Source of the DNA: Gemmatimonadales bacterium
GTDB taxonomy: Bacteria > Gemmatimonadota > Gemmatimonadetes > Gemmatimonadales > GWC2-71-9
Direction: 5' to 3'
NCBI GenBank assembly: GCA_025927545.1
Contig: JAICLE010000002.1
Span: 36,339 to 100,338, forward strand
DNA length: 64,000 nt
The notes beneath the pieces are model-generated. The model saw only the letters and a list, made by a program, of their open reading frames with translations, ran no database searches and had not been told where the DNA came from. Both the position numbers and the translations under genes were made by a program. The first letter of the stretch is position 1. The number at the start of each line of letters is the position of its first letter. Below are positions 1-10,129 of the stretch, one piece after another.

Positions 1-600
1 CGTACCTGTCTTGAATCGCCGTGTCTTAAGTCCAATCTCCTCAAGGGCTTGAACTATCTCTACCGTGGGACTCTCACCAGCTCGTCCTGCCGGTATCCGA
101 GTGTCTAGCCCGAGATGGATCCGACCCCGAAGGAACGTCCCCGCCGTCAGGACGACAGCACGCGCCAGGTAACGCCGGCCGTCCACTGTCTCGACACCAG
201 CGACGAGCCCCGCGTTCATCAGAAAGCTTGAGGCAGTGCCTTGGGCACAGGATAGGAGAGCGTTACGTTCCAGAAGTGAACGAACGGCCCGACGATACAG
301 TCCGCGATCACACTGGGCGCGGGGAGACCAGACGGCAGGACCCTTGGACCGATTGAGCATGCGGAACTGAATGCGCGCCAGGTCAGTGGCGCGCCCCATG
401 ATCCCGCCGAGTGCGTCCACTTCCCGAACCACCGTACCCTTGGCAATCCCGCCGATCGCGGGATTGCATGACATCTGACCGATGGTTTCGAGGTTCTGCG
501 TGAGGAGCAGCGTGCGCGCACCCGAGCGCGCGGACAGGGCGGCCGCCTCCGTGCCAGCGTGCCCCCCGCCGATGATCAGGACGTCGTAGCGAAGACTCAT
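1..600 (-). CDS. mnmG: tRNA uridine 5-carboxymethylaminomethyl modification enzyme MnmG (GidA), N-terminal ~200 aa; gene runs off the left edge
   Basis: Minus-strand translation from ATG at 600-598 reads MSLRYDVLIIGGGHAGTEAA (FAD GxGxxG fingerprint) and later GQMSCNPAIGGIAKGTVVRE, both hallmark MnmG segments. Absent from the ORF track because no stop lies inside the window. Confidence 0.9.
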   Translation of the reverse strand, partial: MSLRYDVLIIGGGHAGTEAAALSARSGARTLLLTQNLETIGQMSCNPAIGGIAKGTVVREVDALGGIMGRATDLARIQFRMLNRSKGPAVWSPRAQCDRGLYRRAVRSLLERNALLSCAQGTASSFLMNAGLVAGVETVDGRRYLARAVVLTAGTFLRGRIHLGLDTRIPAGRAGESPTVEIVQALEEIGLKTRRFKTGT

Positions 601-623
601 GTCACGGAATCTACGGCGAACAA

Positions 624-645
624 GGCGGGAGACGAGCCTCCCGCC
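624..645 (-). terminator. GC-rich stem-loop downstream of the suf operon (candidate intrinsic terminator)
   Basis: GGCGGGAG-acgagc-CTCCCGCC, an 8-bp perfect stem 13 nt after the stop at 658. On the minus strand it is followed by TTGTTCGCC, a weak T tract only. Confidence 0.4.
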
Positions 646-657
646 GAAGAGCTCAGC

Positions 658-957
658 TTACCCGATCGCGTCCACCAGACGGCGGATGCTCGCCACATCG
701 TTTGAGGGAACGAGCAAGTCGCGATGCTCCGGCCGAATGCCGAACCTGTTGCACTGCCGCAGGAACTCTTCCTTGGACGTGCCGCCCGCCAGAGCGTCGT
801 GGACACCCACGTCGTGCAACTCCACGCCCCGCTCGTCCTGGCTGTGGAAGCGGCCCACATACGTCCGCGAGCCGAGTGTCTCCAGCACGATGGTGACGCC
901 GTGCAGCTCCTGATGGCCGGGGTGAAACACGTGTCCGGTCACGGTATCGCCACTCAA
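658..957 (-). CDS. small hypothetical protein (~94-99 aa), last ORF of the suf operon
   Basis: C-terminal part of track ORF 658..1236, the only part lying outside the brx gene. It has no ATG. TTG at 957 overlaps the brx stop as TTGA; GTG at 942 is the alternative start. GC3-rich codons. The sequence ...HPGHQELHGVTIVLETLGSRTYVGRFHSQDERGVELHDV... matches no family I recognise. Confidence 0.5.
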   Translation of the reverse strand: MSGDTVTGHVFHPGHQELHGVTIVLETLGSRTYVGRFHSQDERGVELHDVGVHDALAGGTSKEEFLRQCNRFGIRPEHRDLLVPSNDVASIRRLVDAIG

Positions 958-1382
958 ACCGCGACCGCGAAATGGCGGTCGAACGCCGCCTTCAGATCGG
1001 CCGCGACGTCCTGCGGCGCGCGCCCCTCGATCTGATGCCGATGAACGAAGTGCACCACCTCGCCGTCCCTCAGCAGGGCGATCGACGGGCTGCTCGGCTG
1101 GTATTCCGCGAAGTACTGCCGCGCGCGCGCCGTGGCCTCGACATCCTGGCCGGCGAACACGGTGACGACCTGCTGCGGCCGGACTCCATGCTGCAGCGCG
1201 AAGTGCAGGGCCGGGCGCGCGTTCCCCGCCGCACAACCGCAGACGGAGTTGACGAACACCAGCATCGTGCCCTTCTGATCGCCGAGGGTGGCGTCGACCT
1301 CCGCCGAGCTGGTGAGCTCACGGGCTCCCATACGGGTCATTTCTTCGCGCATCGGGGCCACGAGCGCAGGGGGATACGGCAT
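954..1382 (-). CDS. bacilliredoxin-like thiol-disulfide oxidoreductase (YphP/YqiW, BrxA/B family, CGC motif)
   Basis: 142 aa from ATG 1382, which has AGGAG 9 nt upstream. The segment LVFVNSVCGCAAGNARP carries the CGC redox motif, and the size fits the DUF1094/bacilliredoxin family. The longer 250-aa track ORF is an upstream read-through. Confidence 0.8.
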   Translation of the reverse strand: MPYPPALVAPMREEMTRMGARELTSSAEVDATLGDQKGTMLVFVNSVCGCAAGNARPALHFALQHGVRPQQVVTVFAGQDVEATARARQYFAEYQPSSPSIALLRDGEVVHFVHRHQIEGRAPQDVAADLKAAFDRHFAVAV

Positions 1383-1396
1383 TTGCAAGTGCTCCT

Positions 1397-1840
1397 TCAG
1401 GTGGTGGTCTTGATGCCTTCGTCGAGCGCCGCCCTCAGGGTGTGCCATGAGAGGCTGGCGCACTTCACACGAATGGGAAACTGCGACACTCCGGAGAACA
1501 CGGCGAGCTTTCCCAGAGTTTCCGCCTGGTCGGGGGGAAGGGTTCCGGTCACGAGCCGGTGGAACCGCTCGAACAGGCGGGTGGCTTCTTCCCGCGTCTT
1601 TCCCTTGACCATGCTCGTCATGAGCGACGCGGAGGCCCGCGAAATGGCGCATCCCGAGCCCTGAAAGCTCACGTCCTCGAGTACACCGCCGTCCATCCGG
1701 ACCCACACCGTCAACTGGTCGCCACAGAGCGGATTGTGCCCGTCAGCGTGGCGGTCGGCATTGGGCATCGGCCGAAAGTTGCGCGGCGAGCGGTTGTGCT
1801 CCAGGATGACGTTCTGGTACAGCTCGCTCAGGCTTGGCAT
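1397..1840 (-). CDS. sufU: Fe-S cluster assembly scaffold/sulfur-transfer protein SufU (IscU/NifU-like)
   Basis: 147 aa. It shows NPLCGD, GSGCAISRASASLMT and a C-terminal VKCASLSW, the three-Cys SufU/IscU pattern. The start overlaps the sufS stop by 1 nt (TGATG). Confidence 0.9.
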   Translation of the reverse strand: MPSLSELYQNVILEHNRSPRNFRPMPNADRHADGHNPLCGDQLTVWVRMDGGVLEDVSFQGSGCAISRASASLMTSMVKGKTREEATRLFERFHRLVTGTLPPDQAETLGKLAVFSGVSQFPIRVKCASLSWHTLRAALDEGIKTTT

Positions 1841-3078
1841 CAGGCGAACAACGTCCTCACCCGGCCCAGACCGCGGATGAGCACGTCGATCTCCTCCGGG
1901 GTGTTGTAGAACGCGAAGGATGCGCGCACTGTGGCCGGGACCCCGAACCGACTCATGACCGGCTGGGCGCAGTGATGGCCCGCCCGGACCGCGACGCCCT
2001 CATCGTCGAGCACGGCCGCGACGTCGTGCGGATGGACGCCTTCGACCACGAACGAGAGCACGGCGGCCTTGTGGCGCGCGGTGCCGACGAGACGAATGCC
2101 GTCCAGACCGCTCACCCGATCTGTGGCATACGCCAGCAGTTCGTCCTCCCGCGCCCCGATCGGCGCGAGCCCCACGGCGGCCACGTAGTCGAGCGCGGCG
2201 CCCAGTCCGATCACCTGGGCGATCTTCGGCGTTCCGGCCTCGAATCGCGCCGGCGGTGGGGCAAACGTGCTCGCTTCGAGGGTGACGGCCTCGATCATGT
2301 CGCCGCCGCCCTGCCAGGGCGGCATCCGCTCGAGCAGCGCCGCCCGCCCGTACAACACACCGACGCCCGTCGGGCCGTAGACCTTGTGTCCCGAGAAGGC
2401 GAAGAAGTCGCAGTTCAGCTCCTGGACGTCGACGGCCAGGTGCGGCACCGACTGGGCACCGTCCACCAGAGTCACCAGGCCGTGCTGGCGCGCATGGGCC
2501 ACCAGCGCGCGCACTGGATTGACCGTGCCGAGCGCGTTGGAGACGTGCGCGATCGCAAGGAGCCGGGTGCGATCGGTGAGCAGGCGATCGAACGCGTCGA
2601 GGTCGAGTTCACCGGCGTCCGAGATGGGCACGGCCCGTACGACCGCTCCCGTCTGAGCGGCAAGGAGCTGCCAAGGCACGAGATTGGAGTGGTGCTCCAT
2701 CGCCGTAACGAGAAGCTCGTCGCCCGCCCGCACGGCGCTTCGGCCCCAGCTCTGGGCCACCAGGTTGACCGCCTCCGTCGTCCCGCTTGTGAAGACGATC
2801 TCGTCGGAGCTCGACGCATTGAGGAATCGGGCCACGCCCGCGCGCACCGCCTCGTACGCCAACGTGGCACGCTCGCTCAGGAAGTGGACGCCGCGATGGA
2901 TATTGGCGTTCTCGGTCGCATAGAAGCGGCCTACGGCATCGATCACGGAGCGGGGCTTCTGGCTGGTGGCGGCGTTGTCCAGGTAGACGAGCGGCTTCCC
3001 GCGTATCCGCTGTGAGAGGATCGGGAAATCCTTCCGCAGTTGCTCGACATCGAGCTCGGGGGCGGCGGTGACCGTCAT
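1840..3078 (-). CDS. sufS: cysteine desulfurase SufS (class V aminotransferase, group II)
   Basis: 412 aa. It shows AMEHHSNLVPWQ, FFAFSGHKVYGPTGVGVLYG (PLP-lysine region) and RAGHHCAQP (catalytic Cys loop), within a suf operon. Confidence 0.95.
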   Translation of the reverse strand: MTVTAAPELDVEQLRKDFPILSQRIRGKPLVYLDNAATSQKPRSVIDAVGRFYATENANIHRGVHFLSERATLAYEAVRAGVARFLNASSSDEIVFTSGTTEAVNLVAQSWGRSAVRAGDELLVTAMEHHSNLVPWQLLAAQTGAVVRAVPISDAGELDLDAFDRLLTDRTRLLAIAHVSNALGTVNPVRALVAHARQHGLVTLVDGAQSVPHLAVDVQELNCDFFAFSGHKVYGPTGVGVLYGRAALLERMPPWQGGGDMIEAVTLEASTFAPPPARFEAGTPKIAQVIGLGAALDYVAAVGLAPIGAREDELLAYATDRVSGLDGIRLVGTARHKAAVLSFVVEGVHPHDVAAVLDDEGVAVRAGHHCAQPVMSRFGVPATVRASFAFYNTPEEIDVLIRGLGRVRTLFA

Positions 3079-3085
3079 GCGCGGA

Positions 3086-4393
3086 TCAGCGGCTCCCCAG
3101 CCGCTCGAACACCAGGCGGTCGAGCTCCTCTCGCACGGGAACCAGTGCCACCTCCCCGGCCACCTCCGCCGCGAAGGCGTAGGTCAGCAGGCGCTCGGCG
3201 GCGCTGGTCGAGAGACCGCGGCTCCGGGCGTAAAACCGGGCCAGATCGTCGAGGCGGCCAACGGTCGCGCCGTGGGTGCACTTGACGTCGTCCGCGAAGA
3301 TCTCGAGCTGAGGCTTGGTATCGACCCGGGCACCGTCGCTCAGGAGCAGGTTGCGGTTCGTCTGCTTGGCGTCGGTCTTCTGGGCTTCGGGCTGAACGAA
3401 AACCTTGCCGTTGAACACCGCACGGGAGCGGCCGTCGAGAATGCCCTTGTACACCTCCCAGCTCCGACAATTGGGCCGGTCGTGGTAAATGGCCGTGTGA
3501 TTGTCCACCACCTGCTCGCCGCGGGTGAGATACAGCCCGTACATCAGGGACTCGATGTTCTCGTCGTTCAGCCGGACGTGCAGGTTGTGCCGCGCCAGCG
3601 CTCCGCCCATCGCGAAGGAGAACGAACGGTAGTGGCTGTCGCGCGCCTGATCCACCTGGGTAAGCCCCACGTGGAACGCAGCCTCGCTCTCGCGCTGGAT
3701 TCGCGTGTGCTCCAGCCACGCGCCGGCCGCCACCGCAACCTCGGTGACGGGATTGGTCCAGTAGCTCCGGCCCGGCGCCAGAGTCACGTAGCTCTCGATG
3801 ACCGAGGCACGGGCGCCACGTTCCACCACGATCAGGTTGCGGGGATGCGCCACCGTTCCCGCGGCCTCCGCCGTGCTGACCTGGAGCAGGTGCACCGGCA
3901 TGTCGAGATCTACCCCGGCACCCACCAGCACCACACCGCCCTCACGCATCAGGGCGGTATTGAGGGCGGTGAACGGGCTCCCGTCCACCGGTGCGTGCCG
4001 GGCGAGGTGGCACTCGATGCTCGCGCCGTCTGACCGAAGGGCTTCGGCGAGACTGGCGACCCGGACCCCGCCGGGCAGCGGACCCACCGAGCTCAGGGCA
4101 TCGTGAAACACACCGTTCACGAAGACGAGCGTGGTCCAGTCGGGATGGCCGAAGATGAACGAGTCGAGCTGCTCGCGGCCGAGCTCGCCGCTGGTGCCGC
4201 TGGCCGCGCGCCAGCTCCCCTGGACGATCGGGCCGATCGGGGTGAAGCGCCACTCCTCATCCCGGGCGGTCGGGAACCCGCTGCGCGCGAACCGCTCCAT
4301 CGCGGCCTGCCGGATCGGCTCGAGCCACTCGGGGCCATCCGCGGTGGCCGTGCCGGCCCTTGCCTCGAACTCCTGCACGAACGGCTCCGTCAT
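3086..4393 (-). CDS. sufD: Fe-S cluster assembly protein SufD
   Basis: 435 aa from ATG 4393, with an ATGA overlap onto the sufC stop; the track start at 4423 is less likely. The C-terminal NRNLLLSDGARVDTKPQLEIFADDVKCTHGATVGRLD is the SufB/SufD family signature. Confidence 0.9.
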   Translation of the reverse strand: MTEPFVQEFEARAGTATADGPEWLEPIRQAAMERFARSGFPTARDEEWRFTPIGPIVQGSWRAASGTSGELGREQLDSFIFGHPDWTTLVFVNGVFHDALSSVGPLPGGVRVASLAEALRSDGASIECHLARHAPVDGSPFTALNTALMREGGVVLVGAGVDLDMPVHLLQVSTAEAAGTVAHPRNLIVVERGARASVIESYVTLAPGRSYWTNPVTEVAVAAGAWLEHTRIQRESEAAFHVGLTQVDQARDSHYRSFSFAMGGALARHNLHVRLNDENIESLMYGLYLTRGEQVVDNHTAIYHDRPNCRSWEVYKGILDGRSRAVFNGKVFVQPEAQKTDAKQTNRNLLLSDGARVDTKPQLEIFADDVKCTHGATVGRLDDLARFYARSRGLSTSAAERLLTYAFAAEVAGEVALVPVREELDRLVFERLGSR

Positions 4394-5148
4394 GACGCCA
4401 CTCCCACCGCCTCCTCGAGCCACTCGTAGCCTCGAGCCTCGAGCTCCAGCGCCAACTCCTTGCCGCCGGACTTCACGATCCGCCCGTTCGACAGCACGTG
4501 CACATAGTCGGGAACGATGTAATTGAGCAGCCGCTGATAGTGCGTCACCACGATGGTCGCGCTGTCGGGGCGCCGGAGTTTGTTGACCCCGGAGGCGACG
4601 ATCCGGAGCGCATCGATGTCGAGACCCGAATCAGTTTCGTCCAGGATGGCGAGCTTCGGCTCGAGCACGGCCATCTGCAGAATCTCATTGCGCTTCTTTT
4701 CGCCGCCCGAAAAGCCGGCGTTGACCGCCCGGCTCATGATCTCCGGCTCCCACTCCACGAGCTTGAGCTTGTCTTCGAGGATATCGAGGAAATCCATCGA
4801 GTCCACCTCCTCGAGCCCGTGCGACTTCCTGATCTCGTTGTACGCGGCGCGAAGGAAGTAGGCGTTGGTGACGCCGGGGATCTCGACCGGATACTGGAAG
4901 GCGAGGAAGACCCCCGCCTGGGCGCGCTCTTCGGGCTCGAGCTCCAGCAGATCCCGGCCCTGATAGAGCACCGACCCCCCGGTGACCTGGTACGCCGGAT
5001 GGCCGGCAAGCACCTGCGCCAGCGTACTCTTACCGGACCCGTTGGGCCCCATGACGGCGTGAACCTCTCCCGCCCTGACGGTGAGGTCGATGCCCTTGAG
5101 GATCTCCGTGTCGCCGGCGGTGGCGCGAAGGCCTTTGATTTCCAGCAC
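4390..5148 (-). CDS. sufC: Fe-S cluster assembly ATPase SufC
   Basis: 252 aa from GTG 5148, with GGAG upstream. It shows Walker A GPNGSGKST, ABC signature FSGGEKKRNEILQ and Walker B LAILDETDSGLD. The 353-aa track ORF carries a spurious N-terminal extension. Confidence 0.92.
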   Translation of the reverse strand: MLEIKGLRATAGDTEILKGIDLTVRAGEVHAVMGPNGSGKSTLAQVLAGHPAYQVTGGSVLYQGRDLLELEPEERAQAGVFLAFQYPVEIPGVTNAYFLRAAYNEIRKSHGLEEVDSMDFLDILEDKLKLVEWEPEIMSRAVNAGFSGGEKKRNEILQMAVLEPKLAILDETDSGLDIDALRIVASGVNKLRRPDSATIVVTHYQRLLNYIVPDYVHVLSNGRIVKSGGKELALELEARGYEWLEEAVGVAS

Positions 5149-5174
5149 GTCCGTGACTCCGTTCGATGGTGAGA

Positions 5175-6607
<1,433 letters not shown>

Positions 6608-6611
<4 letters not shown>

Positions 6612-7285
6612 GAGTTCTCCTGCACGGTGGTGAACCGCACGTGGTATTCGCAGGTGCTGCACCCGCTCAACAGGTGCTCCCGCCGGTCGACTTCGGCGCC
6701 CAGCACTCGAGCCAGAAAACGAGCTTCGGCGGCGCAGATCTCTGGAAAGCGCTCGGCCACGGCGGGGATGGCACAGTTGTGTTCCGTAAGCGTACCCGCG
6801 CCCCCGCTGGCCGTCACTTCGGCCATATAGCCCTCTTCCGAGAGCACGCGGCCGACAGCCTGCAACCGCTCGGCAGGCGTGCATCCGGCCAGCTCCCCCT
6901 CGAGCCGCCGGGCGAGCCCTCCGAAGTGTGATTCCAGCACTGCCACCGCTGCCCCCCGGCCATCCCGCTCGACGATGTGGTCGAGCACGGCAGCAAGGGT
7001 AGCCTCGTATCGCCTGGGGAAGAGTGCCTCACCTGCGGCGCTCAGCCGGTAGGCGAACGCCGGTGCCCCCACCCCACGGTACTCCCGCTCGTATTCAACC
7101 AGCCCTTCGGCCTCGAGTTCCTTGAGGTGGTGCCGGGCCGCGTTCAGCGACACACCGAGCCGGCCTGCAAGCTCTTTTGCCGTAAGCCGATTGGCCCGCT
7201 TGAGCTGCGTCAGAACAGCGCCACGAGGGCCGCGCTGTCCCAGCGGGCCAGCGACACCGACAAGCGGAATAGGGGCAGCGCCCAT
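6608..7285 (-). CDS. sufR: SufR-like winged-helix transcriptional regulator of the suf operon
   Basis: 225 aa. It has an N-terminal wHTH ([30 protein letters not shown]) and a Cys-rich C-terminus (NC-X12-C ... GCSTC). It is the first gene of the operon and overlaps the sufB start as ATGA. Confidence 0.75.
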
Positions 7286-7312
7286 AGGCCAGAATCTTAA
7301 GTGAAACAGTCG

Positions 7313-7325
7313 GAATTGTCAATTC
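7313..7325. promoter_or_regulatory. inverted repeat GAATTG-T-CAATTC upstream of sufR (candidate operator)
   Basis: Perfect 6-1-6 palindrome, 28-40 nt upstream of the sufR ATG (7285), inside an unusually AT-rich intergenic region. Confidence 0.35.
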
Positions 7326-7554
7326 GTGCAATATTCTTGGTGCGAAGCCGTAAGCTATTTACCAGTATGCCGTTGCGTGCGCAAAACGAGGCAATGTCCG
7401 ATGGGACCGTGAAACTCCCATATAGTAGTTGCTGGTGGTACTTCATGAGCTCGCCGAAGAGCGAACTCACTCCCTGGCAGGCGTACCGCGGCCTTCCCAT
7501 ATTGGTCGGTAGCGTCTGCTCATGGCGGTCAACACGTTTCGAGGCTCTGTTCAC

Positions 7555-8127
7555 ATGACCATCCATCGAATCCGTCTGCTGGGCGATCCCGTTCTCCGGG
7601 CCAGGAGCGAGCCCATCACCAAGCCGAGGTCGACCGCAGTCCGGGTAATCCTGGACGATATGCGCGAGACGTTGCGCGACTGGCAGGCGCGCTTCGGCAC
7701 TGGCCGGGGGATCGCGGCGCCCCAGATCGGCGCGCCGGTGCGGATGGTCTACTGCGAGTTGGACCAGCCATGGGCGCTCATCAACCCCGAGATCGTCGAC
7801 ATCGGCAACCAGGATTTCGAAGTGTGGGACGATTGTTTCTCCTTCCCCAACCTGCTCGTCCGTGTGTCGCGCGCGCACCGGCTCCGGGTGCGGTACCAGG
7901 ACACCAAAGGCGAGTGGCACGAGGACGACCTGGAAGGAGACCGCGCCGAGCTGATACAGCACGAACTCGATCACCTTGACGGCGTGTTGGCGGTGGATCG
8001 ACCGCACGGGTTGGATCCGTTCTGCCTGCGAGAGGAATGGCACCGCCTCCACGGCCCGGACGGCCGATATGGTCCACCCGAGGACCGCAGCACCAGCTAT
8101 GCGACCCCACTCCCGGGGCTCCTCTAG
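7555..8127 (+). CDS. def: peptide deformylase
   Basis: All three Def motifs are present: [17 protein letters not shown] (a variant of EGCLS that retains the Cys) and QHELDHLDG (HExxH). ATG 7555 is preferred over the track start at 7522. Confidence 0.85.
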   Translation: MTIHRIRLLGDPVLRARSEPITKPRSTAVRVILDDMRETLRDWQARFGTGRGIAAPQIGAPVRMVYCELDQPWALINPEIVDIGNQDFEVWDDCFSFPNLLVRVSRAHRLRVRYQDTKGEWHEDDLEGDRAELIQHELDHLDGVLAVDRPHGLDPFCLREEWHRLHGPDGRYGPPEDRSTSYATPLPGLL

Positions 8128-8308
8128 CGAACCCGGCACTCCTGCCGGCGGCGCTCATTCCGGCCCGGACCCGGCTCCGCAGTCGCAGCGCGCGCAGGCA
8201 CGGCGAGAGCAAGCGGCCCCTTGCGCCACCCCACGCACCTTCGTATACCTACTCGAAGATGCGCTCGCACACGGCGCGCGACTCAGCAACTCCGGAGGAC
8301 CAGCGGCA

Positions 8309-8572
8309 ATGACGTACGTGATCACCGAAGCATGCATCGGGGTGAAGGACCGCGCCTGTGTCGACGTGTGTCCGGTAGACTGCATCTACGAGGGCGAGGA
8401 CCAACTGTACATCCACCCCGACGAGTGCATCGATTGCGGCGCGTGCGAGCCGGAGTGCCCCGTGACGGCGATCTTCCCGGAAGAAGACGTCCCGCCGAAC
8501 ATGACCTCCTACATCGAGAAGAACCGCGAGGTCTTCAACAGTGACACCCCGCCGGGGCGGCCACAACGGTAA
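8309..8572 (+). CDS. 7Fe-type ferredoxin (3Fe-4S + 4Fe-4S, FdxA-like)
   Basis: 87 aa from ATG 8309, with GGAGGA at 8294-8299. The sequence [26 protein letters not shown]...[12 protein letters not shown] carries the two cluster-binding Cys motifs. The upstream part of track ORF 7976..8572 is non-coding. Confidence 0.9.
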   Translation: MTYVITEACIGVKDRACVDVCPVDCIYEGEDQLYIHPDECIDCGACEPECPVTAIFPEEDVPPNMTSYIEKNREVFNSDTPPGRPQR

Positions 8573-8598
8573 GCCCCGAGCAGCGAGCAGACAAAAAA

Positions 8599-8622
8599 GG
8601 GGGCCCCGGCATCGGGGCCCCC
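8599..8622. terminator. perfect GC hairpin, candidate bidirectional terminator
   Basis: GGGGGCCCCG-gcat-CGGGGCCCCC. It is preceded on the + strand by AAAAAA, which reads as TTTTTTGT after the hairpin on the minus strand, so it is a classic intrinsic terminator for minus-strand transcripts. On the + strand it sits 27 nt after the ferredoxin stop, without a T tract. Confidence 0.65.
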
Positions 8623-8654
8623 TCTACGTCAGGCCACCAGTAAGCTGAAGGAGA

Positions 8655-8725
8655 GCGGCCCCGGGACCGTACTGCGTGGCCGCGACCCCGGAGCCCTAGG
8701 TGGTGGGACTGCTGTCCGACGGGGA
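8655..8725 (+). repeat. copy A of a conserved intergenic element (core CCGTACTGCGTGGCCGCGAC)
   Basis: 8657-8696 aligns without gaps to 49541-49580 with 33 of 40 identities. Weaker similarity continues for about 30 nt further. See findings. Confidence 0.6.
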
Positions 8726-8781
8726 CGGACGGGAATCCGTCGCGCCGCCGAAATCACAACGTGGCCCGTCCCGCAAAGGTT

Positions 8782-9990
8782 TCAGCCCACCACCCGCAGG
8801 AACTCGAGCAGTGCGGCAGACGTCTCGGCGGGCCGCTCGACGGGTGTAACGTGTCCCGCTCCCGGCACCACGACCAGCCGCGCATGGGGGATCCCGGCGG
8901 CCAGCCGTCGCGCGGAATCGGGCGGCGTGAGTACGTCCTGCTCGCCGACCATCACCAGCACCGGCATTTCCCCCAGCGCAGGGAGGACGTCGCTGCTGTC
9001 GCGGCGATCGCGCATGGCGGCAAGCGCGCCCACGATCCCCGCCACCGGAGTGGCGGCCATCATGCGGCGCAGGCGCTCGGCGAGCTCGGGCGCCCGTTCC
9101 GCCGTGCCGGGCGCTAGCAGCTTGGGCAGCATCGACTCGGCGATTGCCGCGCCGCCGCCCTCTCGCGCGGTAGCCGCCGCCGCGTCACGCGCGCGCCGCG
9201 CCTCCGCACCATCGGCTTCCGCGCGGGTATCCATGAGAACCACGCCGCGCACCCGGTGCCGCCAGCCTCGCAGGAACTCGAAAATGACATACCCGCCCAT
9301 TGACAGCCCGCAGAGCACCACATCCTCGATGCCGAGAACGTCGAGGAGCGCCGCGATATCCGCGGCGTAGATCCCCATACTGTATCCCAGATCCGGCGCA
9401 TCGGATCGGCCCATCCCGCGAAGGTCGAGGGCGATGCGCCGATAACCGTCCAGGGCATCGATCTGATCGCGCCAAATGGTGTGGTCGAAGGGATAGCCGT
9501 GAACGAACAGCACGGCCGGCCCCTCCCCCCGGACTTCAACGGCCAAACTGACACCGTTCACCGTGAGACGCTGCATGTCGCCCCGCTCGGGCGGCGCGCG
9601 CATGAAAGCGCCGAACTCAGCCGGCACCGGCATCGGCCGGCCGTCGCGGTCGATGCAGACAAAAACGAACTCCGCGGTGGCGAGGAGCGCATCGTCCTTG
9701 AGCCGACGCGCGGTCTGCCGCATGGTGAAGCTGGTCCGGCCGTGGTGAGTAAGAGCCTGGTGAAAGCGCAGCACGTCCCCGGGAAACGCGGCGGCATGGT
9801 AGTCGATGATCGCCTTCCGGACTGCCGGCCAGGCGCCTGCCCGGGTGAAGACGTCCATGCCGGGTCCCCGGATAAGCATTTCCCAGCGCGCGCGCTCGAA
9901 CAGAGTCAGAAAGGAGGCCTGGTTGAGATGCCCGAATGCGTCGCACTCGTCGGGATAGACGGGGAGATCGATCACGGAGGAGGGCGTCAT
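8782..9990 (-). CDS. fusion protein: 4HBT/YbgC-like acyl-CoA thioesterase (N) + alpha/beta-fold hydrolase (C)
   Basis: The N-terminal ~140 aa (YPDECDAFGHLNQASFLTLFERARWE...) look like a hotdog-fold thioesterase. The C-terminal part has VLFVHGYP, the nucleophile elbow GLSMGG and the terminal GAGH of alpha/beta hydrolases. ATG 9990 is preferred; the track start is 10047. Confidence 0.75.
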   Translation of the reverse strand: MTPSSVIDLPVYPDECDAFGHLNQASFLTLFERARWEMLIRGPGMDVFTRAGAWPAVRKAIIDYHAAAFPGDVLRFHQALTHHGRTSFTMRQTARRLKDDALLATAEFVFVCIDRDGRPMPVPAEFGAFMRAPPERGDMQRLTVNGVSLAVEVRGEGPAVLFVHGYPFDHTIWRDQIDALDGYRRIALDLRGMGRSDAPDLGYSMGIYAADIAALLDVLGIEDVVLCGLSMGGYVIFEFLRGWRHRVRGVVLMDTRAEADGAEARRARDAAAATAREGGGAAIAESMLPKLLAPGTAERAPELAERLRRMMAATPVAGIVGALAAMRDRRDSSDVLPALGEMPVLVMVGEQDVLTPPDSARRLAAGIPHARLVVVPGAGHVTPVERPAETSAALLEFLRVVG

Positions 9991-10129
9991 GGGGTCAAGA
10001 TAGACGTACGGGCCGGGGAAGACGGAGAGGACGGGACGGCTGAGCAAAAGCGAAGGCAGGTTGCTACACTTCCGTCAACCCGAACGGAGAGCACCTCTCC
10101 GTCTTCTCGTCCCATCGTCCCCTCCCTCG

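Noticed and set aside
1834-3015. 393-aa + strand ORF
   Set aside because: It is antisense to sufS, which carries clear PLP and catalytic-Cys motifs. It is a shadow ORF.
7297-7558. Small ORFs in the AT-rich sufR-def spacer (85 codons on +; 49 codons on -, ATG 7446)
   Set aside because: I counted third-codon-position GC at about 54 percent for the 49-codon ORF, against very high GC3 in all confident genes. There is no SD, and the region is better explained as regulatory DNA. I kept it as a caveat in the findings.
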